Below, one piece after another: positions 26,037 to 34,400 of a stretch of 64,000 nt of DNA (positions within the stretch are counted from its first letter, which is position 1; every line of letters starts with the position of its first letter). The DNA is taken from the IMG/VR virus record IMGVR_UViG_3300045256_000188, positions 1-64,000 of that record. The stretch is one strand, 5' to 3'. The notes under the pieces are model-generated. The model saw nothing but the letters and a program-made list of their open reading frames with translations. It did not search any database and was not told the DNA's origin. This DNA is from a virus. The position numbers were made by a program, and so were the translations under genes.

Positions 26037-29000
26037 TTACAAGCCACTCACCGCCACCGGTAAGTCGGACTCCGTTATCTCTTCCGAGTCAGACTCCTCA
26101 GGCAGATCATGACCCACGGTGATGACGTTGTAGACTTCCCGAATTACCTCATCCCGGATGTCCTTAGGTACTGACCACTCGACGAGAAGCCCAGGGTCCT
26201 CGCTTGGATCGTACAACAACGGAACCTCAAGCCCCTCGGACATCACGATCTGGTTGGGCGTAGGTTTGCCCCTACACAGCCCATCCAACTCCTTGCTCTC
26301 CAGCACGGCCTGGAAACCGCTGGTAAACTCACGGTCCTCCGCAAACAGAGGCTTACCCAACCGATCAGCCCACTTGCGGACCAAGGACATCGCCTTGTTG
26401 CGTTGACCACTCTTCTTATACTCAGCCAGGAGACGCTTATCAGCCTCCCAGTCGAAGCCCGGCAGCTTCGATTCAGGGATAGCGTTGGGGTCGGTCATCG
26501 CCGCAGCTTCCGCCCCCGCCGCAGCAGGGTCAGGAGGAGCCCCACCAGCAGCAGGATCACCACCAGCAGCAGGATCACCACCAGCCGCAGGATCAGCGGG
26601 AACATCCAAGCCACCACCCCCACCACCCCCACCACCCCCACCACCCCCACCAGCAGCATCCCCACCGCCACTAACTGCCTCAGCGGTCATCTCCTTAAGT
26701 TCTTCGATCTCGTCCGGAGACAGATCGGTGAAGTTGGTGACAATCCACTCCTTCGGGAACCAGCCCAGAGCTTGCAGGTCGGTCATCACACCCACCCGCG
26801 TCTGCCACGTCTCGATCCGGTACAATTCCTCCATCGCAGAAGTAGCGGTCAGAGCGATCTCGAATCCCTTCAGATCCTCGACCGGATAACCACGCAAAGC
26901 GAGGTGGATGATGGCCACTTTGGTCAGACCGGTAGCCACCTCCCGTTGAACCCACTGCACCGACTTGGCGAACTCCGAATGCGACTGGCTGAGCGACTTC
27001 TCGCTCGCTTCCCCACTGCCCTCCCCGATACCCACACGAGAGAAGGGGATCTTCATGGGGGCGATCATCTTCTTCTTGAAGTATTCGATATCAGCGATCT
27101 TGTCCACGTTCTCGCCACCCGGCAGCACATCCACGTCCGGACCAGTGCCGTCAGGACGACGCGGCAAGAAGAAATCGTCTTCTTGGATAAGCGGCGAGTA
27201 CCGCTCGTCGAAACTCCCTGTCGAAGGGTTGTAGAACCGCTGCCGCTTGAAGTTGCGGGCGATCATCTGCATATATTCAGGCACTTCCTTCGGCGGAATC
27301 AAGCCAACCGGGATAGTGAACTTCCGCTTTTCAGGCGCGCGGGTATTCGCTTGCACATTACCATTGGAGATGAAATTATGGACCTCATCCTCAACAGTAA
27401 TATCATAGACTAGATCATCACCTACCTCCTCTACTCCCAAGATGGCCTCGGAAGCGTTCGAATGCCTCTCACCAGCCCTCACGATATAATCAGGATCTGG
27501 CAATTGTCTCTTGGTAAAGTAGAGAGACCAACCAACGGTGTCCGGCATAACTCTGCCGGGCTCTATCTCGTGACCGCCACTTCGTTCATGCTTCCGCACT
27601 AGGCCAACATCCCAGCCCAGGCGATGACAAAGTTCCTTGAGGTCCCTCAGCAGCAGCTCGTTGCAGCAATCAACCTCGCAAGACTCGGTATTACCGCCCT
27701 CGAACAGTCGGCGATGGCCGTCAGCATCAATATAGCCGTCAATGAACGCTTCCTGCACCGAGCGAGGCGACTGGAACACCCACGCCGGAATCCGCTTGTT
27801 AGCCGCCCCAGAAATGAAACCATTGTCAAGCATGAAATCATGCAACGGCTTTGAATTAATCGAAAACGAACCGAGCCTCCCACCAGAATCACCGGAAAAA
27901 GTAAGCTGGCCAACAAACGACGCAAACAACTTAGCATAATAATCATTGGTGTGGGCATCAGCACCAATAGCAAACCCAACCTGTCTGGTTACGCTGCCAG
28001 GACGATTCCGATGTGGCCTCGCCGACACGAAGCCGTCACCGACCATGAACCCGAACCACCTAGCAAAGTCTTCGGTAGCCACTTCAGGAATTGTGAAGGC
28101 TCTGCTGGCTGATTCGCGACCGCCAGCGGCCAACGACGACCGATCGAGTGGCACATACTCAGTGTGTTTCACCTGCGGCAGCAAGAAGCGATGATGGCTA
28201 GCGATGCCGTTACGCTTAACGATCAAGTCTTTGACATCAACGTATTCCAAACGAGCTGGGCGGTCCTTGTCTCGTTTATTCGAATAGGACGTCTCGACAA
28301 GGATCGGGTGGGTAGCATTACAAAAGATCTCCCGATGTTGTGAGTAGACGCGATAGATGACGTCCCGCCCATTGCATTGCCAGTCAATTACTTTAGTGAC
28401 TTTGGGCTGGCCGTCCTTGAAGCAGTAAACCTCGTCGCCGACCTTGAGATCCTTAATGGGGGTGTGGCCGGTAGGCGTCCACACCAGAGTATCACCCCTA
28501 AGGCAGATCCTATAGATAAGAGCAGCATCCTCCATGAGACGTAACTGCTTAAACGCCTTGCGGCCACCATCAAGAATTGAGTTGTGAACGACAACACCAT
28601 TGGCGTTGAAATTGTGGAAGCAAGAGGCGACTTGGATGTCACCGACCTCCAGACGACCGGCACTCTCAGCGCGGACGACATCCTCGGCCATATACGAGTT
28701 GGCGTCATCATACTCCGGGTCATGGACTACGATCTTGCTACCTGGAACGACGTATTTAGCCGGCACATACCGGCGGAATAACTTGCCGCCAGCCCCGCCC
28801 ATAACAGCCAAGATCGGGTGATCTTCACTGACCTCTATAGTCCGATACTTCGTGGTTATCCTCAACCCCGGCTTATAACCGCTGCAAACGGTCTGCCGGA
28901 CTGTCGTGGCCCTGGGTGTGAGCCCATCAAACGAGTAAACGACGTCGCCGCGTGTGAGATCCCGTAGTTGCTTGTACCCACCCGGTACCAGGATGGGTGT

Positions 29001-30797
29001 ACGCATATCGCAACACCGCCCATACGGGTGATAGATGTTCTCGAAGGACGTCAGCCGAAGGTGCATCACCTGCCAGGGGTGCAGGAACACCGGACGCGGC
29101 CAGAGGGCATCCATGTAGAAGAAACCGATCAGGTCACCGTACCGCGTCTCGATCCGGGTGAAGTTGTAGACGTTCATGAACTTCAGTGATGCCACTGCAG
29201 TTCGATGTTGGTCAAGAATCACTTCGAAGGGAAGATCGCCGTACTTGCACAGGTAGCGAACCGACGGCCTGCAGTAGGTATCCCACTGTAGGGTATTGAA
29301 GAATAGTTCCTCAAGCTCCTTCTTCAGGCGGCGGTTTCGAGCACGGATGATGAGGGTGTGCTTGCGTTCCGGGTCAACCAGGCTGTTGTGAACGATAACC
29401 CAGGACGATTCAGTGCCGGCCGCAAAACAGTGATATCCTGGAACTTCGATGTCGTAAACTGTCTCAGAAACGCCGGCTGGCTCGACGGCGACAACCTTGT
29501 GATTTCCGAACGACTTCTGCAAATAACGGGATTCGCAGACGGTCGGCCGGCAGTCGTCGCAGTAAGGACTGTAGGCCGCGCCATTCTTGAGAAACCGGCT
29601 CGCCGGTTTGACGTCATCACAAGCTAAGCACAGACGTTCGGATACAGGGACGTAGGCGGAACGCTTATTAGCGTTACGTCTATCGCGATACGCCGTTTCA
29701 CTCTTGCGGCGCTGATGGTAATCACGAAGATATTCCTGACGACACTGCCGACAGACCCACGCCACGCCAGTAATCCGTTCGTTACAGCACGAGCAACGGT
29801 GGTGAGCGTCACGGAAAGCGGCCCACGTCAGATCGTTGGCCGCCAGGACCCGGCGCAAGACCCGCTCCCCGATATCACAGGCCCCACAGACCCCGGCGAT
29901 GGTGACCGGACCAGACCAATCGGCCATCGCATGGAGTATCTCGTCCAGGGTGATATCGTTGAAACTGTGGTTCTCAGCGCCATACTTCTTGTGGATGATA
30001 TCATGCTGAGTCTTGGTCATCCCTACCAAATTAGACGGAGAATTATTTAGACTGTCAAAATCCTTGTGGTGAACGACCTGCGGGCTATCGTCGTTGAGGT
30101 GGTGATAGACCCACCGGTGAGTGCTGGTGAAATTCTTGCCGTTGAAGAAATACTCATAGGCGGTCGCCGTCGGGTATGGTTTCTCGTCGAATAGGGCGTA
30201 ACCGTCTTTGGCGCGATATTTCTTCTTCCGGTATAGGGGTTTGAGGCTGTCGCCGGGGCGCAGATCACCCGCCTGACGATAGGTCCCGGCCTTAGTCATA
30301 AAAAGGTGGTCCGAGGTACACTTAATACTAGATCCATCATCAAGAACGACGCGGACGATCGGGACATTAATCCCGCTGACACGAGCCCCACGCGCCAACG
30401 CGGGGACGTATGAACCAGTCTTGGGGTCGACTGAATACACCCAGAATTCGTTATCCACTCCTCTATTGGCCAGCTCGGCGATAGTGGGACAGGAACCGTC
30501 TAGAAGTGGGATACGCGTATCCCCGGTCAAGCAGGCTTCATCAGCATAAAGATCCAATGCCAGGGACACTTCCCCGGTCTGATCCATCTGCTCGTAGTCC
30601 TTATACCGCTCCAAACGGTTGATCTGAAGGTTGGTCTGGTCAAGGATCGCCGCCTGATTGTTGAAATCAAGGAACTCGCCGCCAGCCGTCAGCCGGTCTA
30701 GATTGGATTGGTCCTGGAAGACCCGTTCGAAGCTGTAAATCCGACCCTGCCGGGCTAGGGCTCGAATGCGGTCAAAGACCAACCAGTTGCTTGGCAT
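26037..30797 (-). CDS. Portal protein, T4 gp20-like, with three inteins
   Basis: Exteins: ALDLYADEA, YGRSILD..RKAFKQLRLMEDAALIYRITRAPEKRKF, EDDFFLPRR..G..VDVLPGG, DIEYFKKK. Confidence 0.92.
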   Translation of the reverse strand: MPSNWLVFDRIRALARQGRIYSFERVFQDQSNLDRLTAGGEFLDFNNQAAILDQTNLQINRLERYKDYEQMDQTGEVSLALDLYADEACLTGDTRIPLLDGSCPTIAELANRGVDNEFWVYSVDPKTGSYVPALARGARVSGINVPIVRVVLDDGSSIKCTSDHLFMTKAGTYRQAGDLRPGDSLKPLYRKKKYRAKDGYALFDEKPYPTATAYEYFFNGKNFTSTHRWVYHHLNDDSPQVVHHKDFDSLNNSPSNLVGMTKTQHDIIHKKYGAENHSFNDITLDEILHAMADWSGPVTIAGVCGACDIGERVLRRVLAANDLTWAAFRDAHHRCSCCNERITGVAWVCRQCRQEYLRDYHQRRKSETAYRDRRNANKRSAYVPVSERLCLACDDVKPASRFLKNGAAYSPYCDDCRPTVCESRYLQKSFGNHKVVAVEPAGVSETVYDIEVPGYHCFAAGTESSWVIVHNSLVDPERKHTLIIRARNRRLKKELEELFFNTLQWDTYCRPSVRYLCKYGDLPFEVILDQHRTAVASLKFMNVYNFTRIETRYGDLIGFFYMDALWPRPVFLHPWQVMHLRLTSFENIYHPYGRCCDMRTPILVPGGYKQLRDLTRGDVVYSFDGLTPRATTVRQTVCSGYKPGLRITTKYRTIEVSEDHPILAVMGGAGGKLFRRYVPAKYVVPGSKIVVHDPEYDDANSYMAEDVVRAESAGRLEVGDIQVASCFHNFNANGVVVHNSILDGGRKAFKQLRLMEDAALIYRICLRGDTLVWTPTGHTPIKDLKVGDEVYCFKDGQPKVTKVIDWQCNGRDVIYRVYSQHREIFCNATHPILVETSYSNKRDKDRPARLEYVDVKDLIVKRNGIASHHRFLLPQVKHTEYVPLDRSSLAAGGRESASRAFTIPEVATEDFARWFGFMVGDGFVSARPHRNRPGSVTRQVGFAIGADAHTNDYYAKLFASFVGQLTFSGDSGGRLGSFSINSKPLHDFMLDNGFISGAANKRIPAWVFQSPRSVQEAFIDGYIDADGHRRLFEGGNTESCEVDCCNELLLRDLKELCHRLGWDVGLVRKHERSGGHEIEPGRVMPDTVGWSLYFTKRQLPDPDYIVRAGERHSNASEAILGVEEVGDDLVYDITVEDEVHNFISNGNVQANTRAPEKRKFTIPVGLIPPKEVPEYMQMIARNFKRQRFYNPSTGSFDERYSPLIQEDDFFLPRRPDGTGPDVDVLPGGENVDKIADIEYFKKKMIAPMKIPFSRVGIGEGSGEASEKSLSQSHSEFAKSVQWVQREVATGLTKVAIIHLALRGYPVEDLKGFEIALTATSAMEELYRIETWQTRVGVMTDLQALGWFPKEWIVTNFTDLSPDEIEELKEMTAEAVSGGGDAAGGGGGGGGGGGGGGLDVPADPAAGGDPAAGGDPAAGGAPPDPAAAGAEAAAMTDPNAIPESKLPGFDWEADKRLLAEYKKSGQRNKAMSLVRKWADRLGKPLFAEDREFTSGFQAVLESKELDGLCRGKPTPNQIVMSEGLEVPLLYDPSEDPGLLVEWSVPKDIRDEVIREVYNVITVGHDLPEESDSEEITESDLPVAVSGL
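27345..28505 (-). mobile_element. Portal intein 3 (LAGLIDADG)
   Basis: I|CLRGDT..FGFMVGDG..FIDGYIDADG..VYDITV..NVQAN|T. Confidence 0.9.
28581..29015 (-). mobile_element. Portal intein 2 (mini-intein, 145 aa)
   Basis: R|CCDMRT..SEDHP..VGDIQV..HNFNANGVVVHN|S. Confidence 0.9.
29385..30533 (-). mobile_element. Portal intein 1 (HNH + zinc fingers)
   Basis: A|CLTGDT..TSDH..THRWV..VHHKDFDSLNNSPSNL..VYDIEV..IVHN|S. Confidence 0.9.
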
Positions 30798-30880
30798 TAC
30801 GACTCCCCTAGAGCGATGCGACAGAGAGTATCTACGGTGAGGTCGCCCTGAGCGTCTATTCGTAAGTTTGAGGGTGTAGA

Positions 30881-31465
30881 ATGCGTCGTCGCGTACTCCC
30901 AGGAGCGATCGGGGCCGGACTTCTCGGCGGTCTGCTGTGGTGGCTCACCGGCAGCCAACCGCCTCCGCCCGCTCCACAACCGCCACCAAACCCGGCTCCC
31001 ACACCGGCCCCAACCAACACCATCTCCCAATTACTCGACGCCCACAATCGCTACCGTGCCCAGCACAACGTCCCCGCCTTAGCCCTCAACGCCAAGCTCA
31101 CCGCTGCCGCCCAGAAGCATGCACGGTGGATGGCCAACAACCGAAGAATGAGCCACACCGGAGTCGGCGGCTCATCCTTCGCCGACCGCATCAGGGCGGA
31201 GGGCTACGACTTCCGGATGGGAGGAGAGAACATCGCGGCTGGCTATAAGTCCGTCGATGCTGCCATGACCGGCTGGATGAACAGTCCAGGCCACCGGGCC
31301 AACATCCTAAACCCAAACTATAAGGAGGTCGGGCTGGGGGTCGTCAACAACTACTGGTGTACCGTATTCGCTACCCCATTCACCAGCACCAACGCCGTCA
31401 CCAACTCGATCATCGAACTCCCCGGTGGCATCCGAGCCGGTGACCTCGACGAATTCGGGCCTTAA
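30881..31465 (+). CDS. CAP/SCP-domain protein with N-terminal membrane anchor
   Basis: HNRYRA..L..AAQKHA..MSH..GENIAAG..WMNSPGHRANIL..EVGLG. Confidence 0.9.
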   Translation: MRRRVLPGAIGAGLLGGLLWWLTGSQPPPPAPQPPPNPAPTPAPTNTISQLLDAHNRYRAQHNVPALALNAKLTAAAQKHARWMANNRRMSHTGVGGSSFADRIRAEGYDFRMGGENIAAGYKSVDAAMTGWMNSPGHRANILNPNYKEVGLGVVNNYWCTVFATPFTSTNAVTNSIIELPGGIRAGDLDEFGP

Positions 31466-34400
31466 TCCTTGTCGTAAAAGAAACGCTTTGGGGTGACCAA
31501 CGGCTTACCCTGGCTGATTGGGATACTACCCAGCGACAAAGTATAAGCATCAAGCTGCCGCTGGGCCGAAGTCTCCGGTAGCTCCGTCGGGGCCAGGGTC
31601 ATGGGCATCAAAAGCCCAGGCCCGCCGCGTGCCGCGAACGTCTCCTGCAGATCTACTCGCGACGTATCGGACAGAATCTTCGGCCCCGTCTGGCTCTTGA
31701 AATCACCACCATTCGGCCCCATCGGAACGAGGTTCCCGGCGTCGATAATGTAAGCATCAGCGGCCCCCACCAGGGCCATACCGCATGCCATCACCAAGTC
31801 GTCGAAATTACCAGCCCCGTCCTCCGCCTCAGTCTTCATTGTGTCCTTACCAGACCGGTCACGCTTTCGCACATAGGTCTGGAACTGTTTGAGCAATCGC
31901 TTAGAAAAGACCGTGTAGCCGTCTTCCTCGTTATCACGGATGCAGTCGATGAGGAACTTGTTGAGTGTGGGCTTCGACGCAGTAGTGGTCAAGAAACCGT
32001 AGGGAGCCACCTTGAGTGGCCGAGCCCGCTGCCCAGACCACATCGGACGGGGCTTGTCGTTGATATCCTTCTTACGCCAGATTCGTGGATACATGATGTC
32101 GTGACGGAGCATGTCGATGAGAGTGTCGCCGCCATTGTTCCGCTCGATTACCGCCAGAGCACAGTTATACCACCGCCCAATCCGGTCGATGAACTTCACA
32201 AATTCCCGCGGCAGGCAGTGAGCCATAAACTCAGCCACTTGTTGGCGGGTGATGACATCGAAGACCTCGATAGCCGAATAGTCACGGCCCTTACCGGTCG
32301 CGATGTCCACCCCCATCACGTAGGAATGGGCCGGAGTACCAGGGTCGATGATCGTATTGCCCCGCTTCTTCATCGGGGTCGCCAGTACCGGCTTCTCCCA
32401 GACCCATAGACCCTCGTTGGGATCCCTAAACGAGAAGTCCAATTCCTCGGTGCTACCGGTGACAGGGTGCACGTAAACCTGAAGTCCCTCGACCTTGTAC
32501 TTGGGCTCTTTGAGGGTGGTCTGGACGTGGGCCAGAACCTCCTTGGAGAGCACCGTGTTACCGGAGCCGACGAACTGTGCGAGCACTTCTTGTTCGAACT
32601 TCCAGGCTTCACCCTGTTCTTGCAGTGCCCGATATTGGTCTTCCAGCCACGGTGACCACCACTGCCCGTACTTCACGGGATCGAGGCGGATCGGCCCGTG
32701 CTTGGGGTGCTGGATGATCTGGCCCTTGGCCTCCAAGATACCGTCACACGGAGCAATCCGGCGGTTCTCTTTGGACAGAGGATCGACATACTCGATCGCC
32801 CAATCCATATCCCACCAGTTGATGATACATGGGTTGAACTGGTTGACGCCGGCTTCCGCGTCAGTGACTGTACTCCAGTACCAGTTACCGACGCCATTGG
32901 TATTATGCGAGACGAAACCGTTGGAGATGAACGTATGGTCACCTGGAATCGTGAAGTCATACGTCTCTGCGCTCGAAACATCGACATTCTTAACTTCGTC
33001 CCAAAAAATAGACTCATCGGTCAATGACTGTAGAGCCTTAAATGACAGATAGGTGTTATGGTCTGGGGCTAGCACATCGACCAGTTTACGGAGTACGGAG
33101 CGCTCGGTAAGATCCTTAGCCCGTTTCTTGAATAACAGATTCGGAGTGTTGATTCCGCGACGCTTCAGCTCGCCGATAGACAGTCCGGACTCCTGCCGCA
33201 AACGCGCGAGCCAAAAACGGACATTAGGGACGAATTCTCTTCTGGAGAGTGTCTTGTTCGAATTGGCCGTCTTCCTATCCAGCCCGAAACCGATGAGATC
33301 ATAGAATTTATCGATCTCTCCGGACGGGACAATCAACTGCCACGACTCCCGACAGTCAGACATGTAGCTGCGTCCGTTGAGGTCGAAAGTCTTCGTGTGT
33401 GCCGGATGATATTCTTCGCGAGTGATGATCCCAAAATTAAGGAGTATTGCCCGCACTTGTTTGATGAGTTGCCGCGAGGTGGACGTATATCCGACCTCTC
33501 CGTTGCGTGAGCGACTGTGACCATCGCCGTCGTACAACCCACGCAAGAATGCGGCGATGATGCCTTTGGAACACGACCAGAGACGCCGTGGGATTTCTTT
33601 ATCCGGTGCCGTTCCGGGGACACACCCGAGCCATCTGAGGAACCTAACAAAACAACGATTGTAACAACTGATATGCGCAGACCGACTCTCCGGCATCCAG
33701 ACTAGGCCCCACCGGTTGGATGTCAGCCAGTCATGGGTCTCGCGATCATCACTGGTAACCGTGACATAATCGTCATTGATGTAGCCTTCAGCGACAATTA
33801 GGCCGACCATGGCCGCCAATTCATCGTCAATCTTGCCGACGTTGAATGACGATGACGCATGCGTGCCCGGACCGTCGCTGAAGTTCAGGTCGTCATCGTC
33901 CCCGAACTGCATCATCCCGCGTTTGATTGGTATAAAGTCACCGGGCCTAATTTGATCGGCGTAGGTCCAACCCGCCATCTCTCCCTCACGACAGAGCCAG
34001 ACACGATGCTTGGTGTGGGCTTCTAGCTCATAGCCCATTTTGGAAGTGATACGACGAGTCTCTTCGGCTCGCCGTTTGTAGAATGCACTAGGTTGTTGTA
34101 AACCTCGCCGCCCGAACACAGCCGGGCCGACATACAGCTTGTATTCATACCCACCCTCTTCACCGACATAGTCGCCGTCAAAATCGCCGATGCGGCACAT
34201 ACCCTTGTTCGTCCACACCAGCGAGTCGCCGGCCACGCACGTACTGATGACGATGACGTTACCACCGTGCTGCAGGGTGTTGTGACTCACCATCCCGTTA
34301 GCGAGATAGGTATTGTTGTGAGGAACAGAAATATCAAATGTCTCAGTTTCACCGCTCTTTACAGCAGCGACAGTGTCGAAAAAGAACCCTCGCTGGATAT

